From a virus (taxonomy: Duplodnaviria > Heunggongvirae > Uroviricota > Caudoviricetes): DNA of 52,397 nucleotides. A model generated the notes under the pieces. That model made no database searches, was not told the DNA's origin, and saw only the letters and a list, made by a program, of their open reading frames with translations. Both the position numbers and the translations under genes were made by a program. The DNA lies in the IMG/VR virus record IMGVR_UViG_2690316086_000018; one strand, 5' to 3'. This document shows positions 17,865 through 27,509 of this stretch, in pieces. Within the stretch, counting starts at the first letter, position 1; each line of letters starts with the position of its first letter.

Positions 17865-18386
17865 ATGGAGCTTATTAACGTAAAACGATATTACCCGGAA
17901 CACAAACCCTATGGTGAGGATGTTCAGTATTTCCAGAGTGAGGACGGAAGGGATTTTTATGAATCTATCCCGCTTTTCACAAAGAAATACAAACTCTGTA
18001 TTTCGCCTGTAACGGGTATTATCTGCTCTGTTGCTGAAGATGTCTCTGCTTTATATCCGGCAGGTTTTACTGTTGTTGAAGTGGACGAACTGCCGGAAGG
18101 TGTGAATATTGACGGTAACTGGCAGTGTTCTGATGGCCTGATATCAAAGGTGCCGGTAAACTGGAAGACGGTTGCTGAAAAGCGTCGCTCATCGCTGCTC
18201 CAGGAAGCCAACGAAACCGTGGATGACTGGAAAACAGAATTAAAACTGGACATGATTAGCGATGAAAATAAATTACAGCTGACGCGCTGGATGGCGTATA
18301 TCCGACAGCTTAAAGAAATGCACTTTAATGATATTGCCAGTGAGGGGCATTACCAGGCGATTCCCTGGCCGGAAAAACCGGAATAA
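17865..18386 (+). CDS. tail fibre assembly protein (chaperone)
   Basis: MELINVKRYYPE...QLTRWMAYIRQLKEM...WPEKPE typical Tfa family; aaggtga RBS; track ORF starts at 17754. Confidence 0.85.
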   Translation: MELINVKRYYPEHKPYGEDVQYFQSEDGRDFYESIPLFTKKYKLCISPVTGIICSVAEDVSALYPAGFTVVEVDELPEGVNIDGNWQCSDGLISKVPVNWKTVAEKRRSSLLQEANETVDDWKTELKLDMISDENKLQLTRWMAYIRQLKEMHFNDIASEGHYQAIPWPEKPE

Positions 18387-18391
18387 TTCAG

Positions 18392-18415
18392 AGGGTGCAT
18401 TCAGCACCCTTTTCT
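18392..18415 (+). terminator. rho-independent terminator after tfa
   Basis: agggtgc-attca-gcaccct hairpin followed by TTTT. Confidence 0.55.
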
Positions 18416-18420
18416 GTGGT

Positions 18421-19332
18421 TTACACTGAACTTACCGTTCTCCAGGCATTATTAATATAAATCTGAACCGGGCGATAATAGACCCCACCGATATTGTCCG
18501 CAGACCGGGAGCCGGTTTCCTGCACGTTAATACCGGAAAGCATACAACCGGAAGGTGCGCTGTAATTCCATGATATTTCATTGCCTCCGGGTGAATGATA
18601 GCTCTGTGCTCCAAGCTGAACATTCTGTACATACCGGCCATCTGCGGTTGACTGCGTCATTCCTGACGTGATGTTGATATCCTGCGTTCCGTCAAAAGGA
18701 ACGCCATTAATATTTCTTGGGGTGGCGAGTCTGTTTGCTGCCACGGCGGTTCCACCCGATGGCAGGGCATCAGCAGCCTTATTTACCGTTTCCCGTAAAC
18801 CGACGTTATCGATAAAAGCGCCTTTATCCGGAATGTCTGCGCCGTTCTGCTCCCTGCGCAGGTAACGGTTATCACCTTCGCTTTTGCTGTAAACATCCAG
18901 ATTATTACGGGCGGTTCCCGCATTCTCCAGGTCGGCAAGGTTCTGATCCTTCGCCAGAGCATTAACGTCACCGGGACCAAGACTGTTTTTTGTGGCAAGC
19001 GCCCCAAGACCAAGATAACCACGGGCAAGACGCTGGGCTTCCGCACCGGCATCAGCAATTTCTTTCAGGTTGTTTTTCCGGGAAAAGGCATTCGCAGCGA
19101 TAATGGCTTTAATGGACAGCGTAAGCTGGTTTAACTGCGCCTTATCCGGCTGAATACTGGCTTCAGCCAGAATATTCAGCAGTTCGGCCTGGAGAATATT
19201 CAGCCAGTCCTGACCAATCCAGCTGATACCTTTTTGTCCGTCACCTTCGGTAAACCAGGTGGTGGTATTACTCTGCGCCGGTGCCAGCGCAGGCATATTC
19301 GCCACGCCGGAATTATTATCAACATGAAACAT
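18421..19332 (-). CDS. tail fibre protein (constant N-part plus currently attached variable C-part)
   Basis: 303 aa; gix site inside the gene at codons ~176-184 (IDNVGLRETV). Confidence 0.8.
   Translation of the reverse strand: MFHVDNNSGVANMPALAPAQSNTTTWFTEGDGQKGISWIGQDWLNILQAELLNILAEASIQPDKAQLNQLTLSIKAIIAANAFSRKNNLKEIADAGAEAQRLARGYLGLGALATKNSLGPGDVNALAKDQNLADLENAGTARNNLDVYSKSEGDNRYLRREQNGADIPDKGAFIDNVGLRETVNKAADALPSGGTAVAANRLATPRNINGVPFDGTQDINITSGMTQSTADGRYVQNVQLGAQSYHSPGGNEISWNYSAPSGCMLSGINVQETGSRSADNIGGVYYRPVQIYINNAWRTVSSV
18790..18815. other. gix-like invertase crossover site (right, inside tail-fibre gene)
   Basis: TTCCCGTAAACCGACGTTATCGATAA, ~22/26 identical to remembered Mu gix TTCCTGTAAACCGAGGTTTTGGATAA. 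Confidence 0.75.
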
Positions 19333-19892
19333 TAAATAGTCTCCTCTTCATGGCTGTTTGCATACACGTAAATAAACGTCTGCCATGCAGGCTTATAACG
19401 GTTCAGAATACATTCCAGCGCACCGCCTTCATAAATACGCAGCGGCGTGAGAATATCATCCAGCACATTCATATTCCGGTAGCCGGTTTCACTGTTAATC
19501 GTGACAATACTGACCCACTGTGAATCCGGTGATGGCTGAATATCTATTTCATAACCAAACTCTGCCGCAAACCGGATATAAAATTCACGGTTAAGAGAGG
19601 GTTTCATCCGGTATTTATTCCCGGCATAACGCTGACGCTCCTGAATTGTTGCGCCGGTCATATCACATTCCGGTAACCCCAGATAACGCTCCCAGTCTTC
19701 CAGCAGCAGACGGGATGAATCAGGAAAACGTTCTGCCAGCATCTGGTTACCGGTCCAGGAAACACGCTCCGTGGAATGACTGAGGCCCAGGCACAAAGCC
19801 GCAAGAACGGATGACGGCCGCTTATCCCATGCCAGCCCGTCAGGCAGCAACTGCAACAGGGCACGCTGATGCGGGGTCAGGGTTACAGCCAT
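19332..19892 (-). CDS. Mu gp48-like tail/baseplate protein
   Basis: position between baseplate J-like and fibre genes; 186 aa. Confidence 0.6.
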   Translation of the reverse strand: MAVTLTPHQRALLQLLPDGLAWDKRPSSVLAALCLGLSHSTERVSWTGNQMLAERFPDSSRLLLEDWERYLGLPECDMTGATIQERQRYAGNKYRMKPSLNREFYIRFAAEFGYEIDIQPSPDSQWVSIVTINSETGYRNMNVLDDILTPLRIYEGGALECILNRYKPAWQTFIYVYANSHEEETI

Positions 19893-20968
19893 GTGATTTC
19901 CCCCACGGTCAGCAACTCTGTATCTCCGGCCATCACGGACTTCAGCGGGCTGCGAACTTCAAAATCCTCCAGTCCTTTCACCCCTGCAACAGCCCGCCAG
20001 AATGATGAAGGCAATACAAGTCCACCCGGCCGCGATTCGTTATAAAGCAGGTCCGTTAATGCCTGTTTTACGGCAGCCTGATTTTCCGGCGTTTTGGGTA
20101 CAATCCTGATCTCAAACGCCACCGGCTTATTGGTCAGCTTAAACACGCTGATTGTCGGCCCAAGTGGCTGACCAACGGGCTGGCCCGTCGCCGGATCATC
20201 ATGACTGCGGATATAATCCGCCACCCGCTTCACATCACCTTCTCCGGGGAAAATGTCAGGGTTATTATCCTGAACAAAAGTCACACCAACACTACCCGCC
20301 TCAGGCCATTCAGGCTTACACCATGCCCGCGTCACGCCCGGTACTTCCCGTGCCCAGCGTTCAAAATCATACTGTGTTCCCCCTGATGGCGGGTTCTGTA
20401 CCCGGAATACCAGCCTGGACAGCAACTCCGGCACCGTTTCCACATCCGCACCACCGGTGAGTCCCGTGCCGGTGACCGTGGCTGTCTGGTTGATGCCCGC
20501 CTGTGGCGTGATAAAGGACAGGCGGGTTCCGGTCGGGGTATTTCCAGCGCGCCCCGCACTTTCCGCCTCCACATTAACATTCAGTGTTCCGGCTTTTCCG
20601 GTCGCAGAGCCGGTGATGCGGTACACAACACCATCGCTTCGCTGAAGGAGTACGCCTTCCGTGATCCCTGCATCCGTGGTCAGCATCAGTTGTACCGGTC
20701 CGTCAGCGCGGGAAGCCGGTTTACGGATGACACCCCAGAATGCGCAGTGTTTCAGGAGTTCGGCTTCATCAGCTTCTGTCGGAATTATCTGCCGGGAGAT
20801 CCAGGCCAGATGTTCATGCTCCTGTGCTGACAGACCCGCCAGTGCATACGCAATGGCATTCAGGGTGGTTTCATTCACGCCCGGCTGCGAACCGGGCAGG
20901 CGCTGGCTGATATCCTGTTGTGTCTGTGTGATCAGTTGCGCCAGTGGTAAGGGCTGATAAGGCATCAT
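19883..20968 (-). CDS. baseplate J-like protein (Mu gp47-like)
   Basis: 361 aa; order in baseplate module. Confidence 0.7.
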   Translation of the reverse strand: MMPYQPLPLAQLITQTQQDISQRLPGSQPGVNETTLNAIAYALAGLSAQEHEHLAWISRQIIPTEADEAELLKHCAFWGVIRKPASRADGPVQLMLTTDAGITEGVLLQRSDGVVYRITGSATGKAGTLNVNVEAESAGRAGNTPTGTRLSFITPQAGINQTATVTGTGLTGGADVETVPELLSRLVFRVQNPPSGGTQYDFERWAREVPGVTRAWCKPEWPEAGSVGVTFVQDNNPDIFPGEGDVKRVADYIRSHDDPATGQPVGQPLGPTISVFKLTNKPVAFEIRIVPKTPENQAAVKQALTDLLYNESRPGGLVLPSSFWRAVAGVKGLEDFEVRSPLKSVMAGDTELLTVGEITWL

Positions 20969-21402
20969 TCCCCCTTCATATCAGCATAAAAAATCATCGG
21001 ATGTCTGCTTCCGTCCGGCAGGGTGATTTTCACGGAAAGCGAAAGGCGAGCATGCCCCACACGCATGGCATGACATACCACGGATGTGGCAGCACCGCTT
21101 TTATGCAGCCACGCCAGCGCTTCATCAGCATAGGCCTGTGCACGGCTGACCACGGAGGACAGCGTCTTTTCACGGCTTAACAGCCAGAGACGGGAGCCAA
21201 CGGGGCGCTCCCGGAAACTGTCTCCCCACCATCCCCGACGGTCACGGGTGCCGTCAGGGATTTCATCGGAATCCAGCGCCCGCCTGTCCGTAAACAGTGA
21301 AATAATGACCGCAGTCAGCAGGCTGTTATCCGTCAGAAGATCTGCGCCGTTCAGTTGCAGGGAACCGCAACCCTGATCCCAGACGACAGCAATATCAGCC
21401 AT
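20965..21402 (-). CDS. Mu gp46-like baseplate protein
   Basis: likely start MADIAVVWDQ at 21402; track ORF extends to 21615 overlapping upstream gene. Confidence 0.55.
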   Translation of the reverse strand: MADIAVVWDQGCGSLQLNGADLLTDNSLLTAVIISLFTDRRALDSDEIPDGTRDRRGWWGDSFRERPVGSRLWLLSREKTLSSVVSRAQAYADEALAWLHKSGAATSVVCHAMRVGHARLSLSVKITLPDGSRHPMIFYADMKGE

Positions 21403-22009
21403 TCTCTGGTCCTCCCGTTTTGCTGCCTTCACCGTTATCGTGATGCACATGACCTGAATAGGTGATCCCGGCAATAACCGCTTCGGACATCGTGAACGTC
21501 CCCTGTGATCTTCCGGTGCCGTCAATGGACACATTGCCTTTGACATGCAGGTTCTTATCCACTGTGACATTACCGGTAAAGTGAGCCTCCGGTGTATCCA
21601 CCTGAACACCTTCATCGGCGTAAATCTCCAGCGTCTTACAGGTCACAATGATCCGGCCGTTCTTTGTCAGACGTATACGGTGCCCCTCATGGTGATACAC
21701 GCCGGTATCTCCGGCGGTAAGTCCGGTCGGGCGACTGCGGCGGTCTTCCACCACAAGCACCACGGCCTGATCCCGTTGTCCGCCAGCACAGGCCAGAAAA
21801 ACTTCCGCACCAGGCAGGGGGACGCTGATTTGCCCGTACTGCTGGGGGCGTTCAACGTCATCAAAGGTTTCACCATCCATACCGGTGATTTGCACATTCT
21901 GGATTTTCATCGTGTCCGTTGTGCCGGTCAGTACACCACGCCCGAACAGCAGACGAACACCCCGCATCACGGGGGCCAGAAGGCGGCTGATGACTTCGTC
22001 ATTCATCAT
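21395..22009 (-). CDS. baseplate assembly/spike protein (Mu gp45 / gpV-like)
   Basis: 204 aa; position and size. Confidence 0.6.
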   Translation of the reverse strand: MMNDEVISRLLAPVMRGVRLLFGRGVLTGTTDTMKIQNVQITGMDGETFDDVERPQQYGQISVPLPGAEVFLACAGGQRDQAVVLVVEDRRSRPTGLTAGDTGVYHHEGHRIRLTKNGRIIVTCKTLEIYADEGVQVDTPEAHFTGNVTVDKNLHVKGNVSIDGTGRSQGTFTMSEAVIAGITYSGHVHHDNGEGSKTGGPENG

Positions 22010-23123
22010 TGAATTTAATCCCCTGTTTTTTCATCTGTGCCCGCACGAAGGCGTCCACGTCACCCGCATTTCCGCTTCCGCTGTTTCCCGGCTCTGCCGG
22101 AACAATAAAGCCGTCACGGGGTGCCAGAATCAGACGGGTGGTTTCGCCGTGATTTGCATCCAGCGAAAACTCCACCTGACAGACAAGAAGATCACGCTCT
22201 TCCACTCCGGTGCGGGGAGCCGTGACAGCCGTCAGCAGGTTGATATCCCACAACTGGCCGTTCTCCCGAAACCAGTGCCGCACGGTGGCTGTCAGGCGCA
22301 CAGAGCGGGCAACCGCCCGGCGCATTTCCCGGACAGCCCTCTGGCGTGCACCGTCTGCATCAACAGCATGATCCGCCAGCACAATTTTCGGTCTGTAACG
22401 GTGGATGGCACTGTCTGTCACCGTACCAACGGGTGCGGCCAGCGTTCCGGCTGTCAGTGCATCCCCGGCATGACCACCACCACGCCCGTGCCCCCGTACA
22501 CGGTATTCACTGTGGCGCAGATGGTGATCCACGTTGTGATCCAAATCCAGCAGATTTTCGCCCAGCGTCAGCGTGTCGCCACGCTGACTGCCGGCCTGAG
22601 TGAAAACCAGTTCACCGGCGGCATTACTGGTTACCAGGACGCCTCTGTGTCTCGCGGCCCGTGTCAGCGCATCTGCCACGGTTTCTGAGTTTTCCAGTGT
22701 GAAGGTGGAAAAGGGCCGGGCTGCCGTTGCATCATTTACCTGCCAGCGCACCGTGACCCCGAACGGAGCACACAAATCTGAAGCAATGTGCTCCAGCGTG
22801 CGGTTCCTCCACTGGCTGCCCGGATGAATGGCTGAACAGTCCACCAGGTCACCGGTTTTATCCCGTCCGCTGAGCGTGATCTGAAAACGCGTGGCGCTGA
22901 TGCGCTGCCGGACCTGATCCAGCCAGCCAGTGATCACAGGCTGACCGTCAATGCGCAATTCCAGAGACTGACCGGCACGGACGGATGACGGAAGGCGTAC
23001 ACCGGGCATCATTACCCCCAGTTCAAAGGAGCCCGCCAGATGTTCAAGAGAGCGACGAACACTCACCGTCAGCCAGCCGGAAAAAATCTCACCGCCCAGA
23101 TACAGTTCAACCCTGCTGCTCAC
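21999..23123 (-). CDS. Mu P-like baseplate hub protein
   Basis: 374 aa; gene order after DNA circulation protein. Confidence 0.65.
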   Translation of the reverse strand: MSSRVELYLGGEIFSGWLTVSVRRSLEHLAGSFELGVMMPGVRLPSSVRAGQSLELRIDGQPVITGWLDQVRQRISATRFQITLSGRDKTGDLVDCSAIHPGSQWRNRTLEHIASDLCAPFGVTVRWQVNDATAARPFSTFTLENSETVADALTRAARHRGVLVTSNAAGELVFTQAGSQRGDTLTLGENLLDLDHNVDHHLRHSEYRVRGHGRGGGHAGDALTAGTLAAPVGTVTDSAIHRYRPKIVLADHAVDADGARQRAVREMRRAVARSVRLTATVRHWFRENGQLWDINLLTAVTAPRTGVEERDLLVCQVEFSLDANHGETTRLILAPRDGFIVPAEPGNSGSGNAGDVDAFVRAQMKKQGIKFNDE

Positions 23124-24477
23124 TAATCACCTCCACTGAATGGCCTCCGGGAATGAACAGCGGATCAACAATACCGTTACGGCGCACAAAACGTTGCCAG
23201 CCGGTACTGTTCCCGGTGGCACGGTACAGGGTCACCAGTGCAGGCTCGGTGGTACGTACAGTCACTACTGTTGCACCGGGTAGCTGAACTCCCCGTGTAT
23301 TCAGATCCTCTGTCAGTGCCAGTCTGGCATCACGAAGCGTCAGCGCCGTGGCGGTATACCCCTGCCCGGACAGTGTCATCACCTGCCGTTCGAGCGCTTC
23401 GCTTAAGTCACGGTTAATGCGCTGAAGATCAACTGAACTTTCCAGCCAGACAGGCCAGGTACGGTGGGCTGCGTCACTGTCCGGCAGGGTTTCCTGACTG
23501 AGAACCTGATCCAGCAGTTTTCCCACGGTCTGTGCCTGGGCCACCACGGCAGCACTCTGCATTACCGCCCGTATCAGACGAATATTCTTTTGTGCTGCCG
23601 GTGTCAGACCGATGAGAGTCTGCGGATTATCCTGCTCATCCAGCACGTAACGCAGGGAAGATAATGTCCTGTACAGTTGCGGCATTCCCTGAGAGACGGC
23701 GGATGTCGTCCGGCCGATACTGCCACCGGGCCGGGTATTCAGGCCTCCTGAAGACAGTGACGGCAGCGATGGCAGGGTGATCAGGGCACTGAAAAGCCCC
23801 GCAAAAGATGAGGCCATGCGGGAAGGTGCTGTCAGTAATGCCGTGGCATTCCCTTTCAGCGCCGTGAACGTGGCAGTAAAGGCACTGATATCCTGTACAA
23901 TCCCCATGCCGGAAACGGCATTTTCCAGGGCGGACACCTTATCGCTGATGGTTTCGGTCATTGCCTGGACATCGTGCATTCCGTCAGAAATCACCGTCCA
24001 GCCCGCTTCCAGGGTTTCAAAAACCTTCCCGAGCGCGGTGGTACTCTTCTGCTCCAGAATGGCGGCCGTGTCCTGTGTGACAGCAGGTGCGGTATCATCA
24101 CTTACCGGCGTGACATTAATGGTGAACTCAACCACGCCCTGTTCAGCAGCGTTATAACGACTTTCAAAGCTGTTTATCAGCACATTTAACGTGCCGTAAT
24201 CCGGGTGAAGCAGCTCCCCGGCACCGGGTGCACGAAGGGCATCACGCAGACGATTTCGCTGTGTCTGAACATCATCCCCCATCACAAGTACACTGAACGT
24301 AAATTCAGCCAGTTTAGGTCCCAGATCGTCTGCACCACCGGTTTCCCGTAACGGATATTCCCGACGGACAATGTTTCGCCCGCCACGTTCGCGCTGCTCA
24401 CGCCAGACGAGGAACGGCACACCACGGAACGCACCACGACCGTCACCAGAGGCCATAATTCCCTCCGTTCCAGACAT
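23107..24477 (-). CDS. Mu N-like DNA circulation protein
   Basis: 456 aa directly downstream of tape measure, as in Mu. Confidence 0.65.
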   Translation of the reverse strand: MSGTEGIMASGDGRGAFRGVPFLVWREQRERGGRNIVRREYPLRETGGADDLGPKLAEFTFSVLVMGDDVQTQRNRLRDALRAPGAGELLHPDYGTLNVLINSFESRYNAAEQGVVEFTINVTPVSDDTAPAVTQDTAAILEQKSTTALGKVFETLEAGWTVISDGMHDVQAMTETISDKVSALENAVSGMGIVQDISAFTATFTALKGNATALLTAPSRMASSFAGLFSALITLPSLPSLSSGGLNTRPGGSIGRTTSAVSQGMPQLYRTLSSLRYVLDEQDNPQTLIGLTPAAQKNIRLIRAVMQSAAVVAQAQTVGKLLDQVLSQETLPDSDAAHRTWPVWLESSVDLQRINRDLSEALERQVMTLSGQGYTATALTLRDARLALTEDLNTRGVQLPGATVVTVRTTEPALVTLYRATGNSTGWQRFVRRNGIVDPLFIPGGHSVEVISEQQG

Positions 24478-26518
24478 TCACATCCAGTCCGTGACCGGAC
24501 GTGTCATCAATATCAATACTGCGAGCCTGCCACCCTTCCGGGGCAACCAGCTCCACACGGGCAGAGGCTTTTTGTACCGCCTGTCCACTGCTTTCATCAT
24601 CACTGCCCCGTAATTTCTGCCAGGCTTCAGTCAGCCATCCCCCCAGATAGTTACCGAGATAGCTGCCCACCGTAGAACCAATGGCAATCCCCACAGGTCC
24701 GGCTGCCGCCCCCAGCGCACCACCGGCAATACTGCCTGCAAGAGAGCCGACCGCTTCTCCCTTGTCTGTGGCACTGGCGCTGCCATCCAGCAGAACCGGG
24801 GCTGCCATCGCGCCAGCCCACAGGGCACCTCCACCCAGCCGGCCGGCCAGTCCACCGGCACTGCGGAAAAAGCCGGAGAAACGCCCCAGCCCCATGCGGC
24901 TACCGACAGACGAAAGTAACCCACCGGCGCGCCCCATCATGCGCCCCCAGAACCCTGCCCCACCAGAAGAGGGAGACGGTGGCACTGGGGACGGTGGCAG
25001 GGGAGGCGTGACCGGTCTTCCGCGCCCCGGTCCGCGTTTCCTGCGGCCCCGCCCCTGACGTCCGCCTGAGGATGTATCGGTCGCGCCGGTGCCGGACAGT
25101 CCTCCTGTGGGCCAGTTTGTTACAAGTACTGGCTGAACGGCTGCCGGATTTACCCCGGTAAGAAAGTTTATAAAACGTTGCCCTCGTCCCTGAGATGTGC
25201 CTGGTGGTGTTCCGGCCGGAGGAGAGCGCCGGAAAGGTGAAGTCAGGAAGGCCGCCGCTGATAATCCGTATCCCAGCAATGCAGCACCCGGACGTATAAT
25301 CCCCGTTCCGACAGCCCGCGCCATTTTCAGGGCACGGGTGGCGAGATACATGTACAGCAGGTATTTCGCGGCAGTCTGTGCCCCCTGACCAATGCGATCC
25401 AGCGCATCACCATAGCCCGCATCCCGCAGAGCCTGAAGCGTGTCGCGTACCTTTCTGATCGCCTGATAAAACCCTGTCACTGCATCACGGGCATACTCAA
25501 AGCCCTGGTTCATGGCTGATGCCGTGCTTTCCGCCAGGGAATGGTAACTGCCATCAGATTTGGCACTGTCAACCCATGAAAGAAATCCCCTGAGATTACC
25601 CTTCAGTTTTTCAAATGGCCCACTGTCCATCACATCCCGGGCAAACTGGTCCCAGACGTCACCCATCATGGCCGTCAGGCCACTCCAGGAATTCATTGCG
25701 TCCTTTTGTGCTCCCCTGGCCTGTTCCGCCAGCGTCTGAAATAACAGGCGAATACTGTCCGGCCCAAGCAGCCCTTTTTCACCAAGTTTTCTGACCACTT
25801 TCTGGTCCACACCCAGACGATCAGCCAGCACGCGGTAGGCATTAATGCCGTAGGTGGCAAGAATATTTGCATCCGCCGCCTGAATACTGCCTCTTGCATA
25901 CATCTGTTTCAGTTGCAGGGATGCCCCCTGTGCATCGGACAGTGACCAGCCGCCCACGGCCCCCTGATCCTGAAGCATGGTGACAAAATTTCGGGCCTCC
26001 CTGTCACTCATACCAAAGCCCAGACTGGACGTATATTCCTGCATGACGCCAGCCAGCCCCCAGGTGGTTTCCTTCGCATTCTGTATTGCCCACCTGCGGA
26101 CATCATCAGTTTTCGCCCGATCCCCTTTGTAAAGGGAGTTCAGGCGAATCATATAGGTTTCCATCTCCGCTGCCGGGCGAATAAATCCCCGGTTAAAGCC
26201 ATATACAGCAGCACCACCGGCCAGCATTCCGTAAAGATTGCTGATCCGCCCGATGGTGCCGGTAATACTGCCCTGAAGACGGTCAAAATCAGAAGTGACA
26301 TGGCGGATACTGCCCCGCACCCCGGCCAGCGTGCGCTGCATCCTGCTTCCGAGTACATCTGTTTCCTGCCCGGCACGGCGGGCAGCATTTCCCAGGCCAC
26401 CCAGCCCCGCCTGGCCGGAGCGTGAGAATGCCCCCAGCTCCTGTGACCACTGGCGGGATTTGGCTGAGATATTGCCGAGCAAATCAACTATCAGAGATGC
26501 TCTGAGATTTCGGGCCAT
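24443..26518 (-). CDS. tail tape measure protein
   Basis: 691 aa, Gly/Ala-rich low-complexity C-terminal region, follows chaperone. Confidence 0.75.
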   Translation of the reverse strand: MARNLRASLIVDLLGNISAKSRQWSQELGAFSRSGQAGLGGLGNAARRAGQETDVLGSRMQRTLAGVRGSIRHVTSDFDRLQGSITGTIGRISNLYGMLAGGAAVYGFNRGFIRPAAEMETYMIRLNSLYKGDRAKTDDVRRWAIQNAKETTWGLAGVMQEYTSSLGFGMSDREARNFVTMLQDQGAVGGWSLSDAQGASLQLKQMYARGSIQAADANILATYGINAYRVLADRLGVDQKVVRKLGEKGLLGPDSIRLLFQTLAEQARGAQKDAMNSWSGLTAMMGDVWDQFARDVMDSGPFEKLKGNLRGFLSWVDSAKSDGSYHSLAESTASAMNQGFEYARDAVTGFYQAIRKVRDTLQALRDAGYGDALDRIGQGAQTAAKYLLYMYLATRALKMARAVGTGIIRPGAALLGYGLSAAAFLTSPFRRSPPAGTPPGTSQGRGQRFINFLTGVNPAAVQPVLVTNWPTGGLSGTGATDTSSGGRQGRGRRKRGPGRGRPVTPPLPPSPVPPSPSSGGAGFWGRMMGRAGGLLSSVGSRMGLGRFSGFFRSAGGLAGRLGGGALWAGAMAAPVLLDGSASATDKGEAVGSLAGSIAGGALGAAAGPVGIAIGSTVGSYLGNYLGGWLTEAWQKLRGSDDESSGQAVQKASARVELVAPEGWQARSIDIDDTSGHGLDVNVWNGGNYGLW

Positions 26519-26520
26519 AC

Positions 26521-26703
26521 TTACTGCTTCGTTCTGATGATTTTTTCTGTCTGTCGGCAGTGCCGGTAAAGTTGCGACAGGGGGAGGTTAAGCGCCCATT
26601 CCGGACCGCTTTTTGTCACCATCCCCAGGATAATTGCCGCTTCTTCAATCTGATCCCGACACTGCGCCTGATCGCCCCCGGTCAGCTGCCAGCTTTCCGG
26701 CAA
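26521..26703 (-). CDS. probable frameshift extension of tail assembly chaperone
   Basis: overlaps the 3' end of 26645-27139 in another frame and stops immediately before the tape measure start. Confidence 0.35.
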   Translation of the reverse strand: MPESWQLTGGDQAQCRDQIEEAAIILGMVTKSGPEWALNLPLSQLYRHCRQTEKIIRTKQ

Positions 26704-27139
26704 GCGCGGTATCCAGCAGGCTGACCGCTGCCATCAGGCGGGAGAGATCGCGCTCGCTTAACTGTCCAATCTGACGGGGTGACAACGGACCTTCAATGTC
26801 TCCCACTGCGGCAATCTGACGGCGCAGCAGTGCAACACCGCGTAACGACGGAGACGCTATCAGCATCGGGCCATTGTTTGTCTCCACCACGCGCTCGGCT
26901 TCTGCTTCTGCGTCAATACTGTCTTTCGCTGTCAGTTCCCGGAACGTGACACGATATTCACGGGTCTCACCAAACGGCAGACCATCAAGCAGATCCACAT
27001 ATCCCTTTGCCAGTTGCTCTGTCAGCCCGGCAGTGCGTGGATCAGCCCCCTCAAGTGCTTCCCGGATTGCCTCCATCACGGCTGCCTCGGAAACTGCCGT
27101 TTTTTTCTTACGTGTGGTCATTTTATTTTTCCTGATCAC
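26645..27139 (-). CDS. tail assembly chaperone (Mu gp41-like)
   Basis: 164 aa between tube and tape measure. Confidence 0.55.
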   Translation of the reverse strand: MIRKNKMTTRKKKTAVSEAAVMEAIREALEGADPRTAGLTEQLAKGYVDLLDGLPFGETREYRVTFRELTAKDSIDAEAEAERVVETNNGPMLIASPSLRGVALLRRQIAAVGDIEGPLSPRQIGQLSERDLSRLMAAVSLLDTALAGKLAADRGRSGAVSGSD

Positions 27140-27501
27140 TGAACACGGGTACTGGTGGCGCTGGCGAACTTCACGGAGATCTCCCCGCCACCGTCAAGCG
27201 AGGCCGGTTCACTGCTCCAGGCCTTCGTCATCATGTGGACTTCGCCGGTATCCGCCACAAACTCGATAGTGACCGCAGTCCAGTTGTTGATTTCATCAGC
27301 GGCTGGTGAGCCTTCTCCGCCTGCCGGAAATTTGCAGTCCAGCGTCGCTTCACGTGGTTTCTGGCGGTAACCATAGACTTTCGCGCCTTTCACCACTTCA
27401 CGTTCAAAACCTGACGGAGAAAATGTAGCCCCCTCAAGCGTCTCGTATTCCTGACCGTTCACACGGATAGTGGCCGTGCCCTGATACTGTTTTCCGCTCA
27501 T
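27136..27501 (-). CDS. tail tube protein (Mu M-like)
   Basis: 121 aa immediately after sheath. Confidence 0.7.
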   Translation of the reverse strand: MSGKQYQGTATIRVNGQEYETLEGATFSPSGFEREVVKGAKVYGYRQKPREATLDCKFPAGGEGSPAADEINNWTAVTIEFVADTGEVHMMTKAWSSEPASLDGGGEISVKFASATSTRVQ

Positions 27502-27509
27502 GCCTTACC

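Larger units (their letters stand above)
17415..18815. other. Gin-invertible tail-fibre segment (G-segment analogue, ~1.4 kb)
   Basis: bounded by inverted gix-like sites; inner ~80-bp inverted repeats (17511-17590 / 18651-18730) encode the shared NINGVPFDGTQDINITSGMTQS region; alternate fibre C-terminus plus tfa on opposite strand. Confidence 0.7.

Noticed and set aside
17957-18253. 98-aa minus-strand ORF as a second tail-fibre chaperone
   Set aside because: Ser/Thr-rich antisense ORF of tfa with no Tfa-family C-terminal motif.
20965-21615. Full 216-aa track ORF for the gp46-like gene
   Set aside because: The first ~70 codons overlap the gp45-like gene in another frame; internal start MADIAVVWDQ at 21402 gives the usual 8-nt overlap seen in Mu-type baseplate operons.
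24681-25058. Pro/Ala-rich 125-aa plus-strand ORF
   Set aside because: Antisense to the Gly/Ala-rich low-complexity region of the tape measure gene; compositional artefact.
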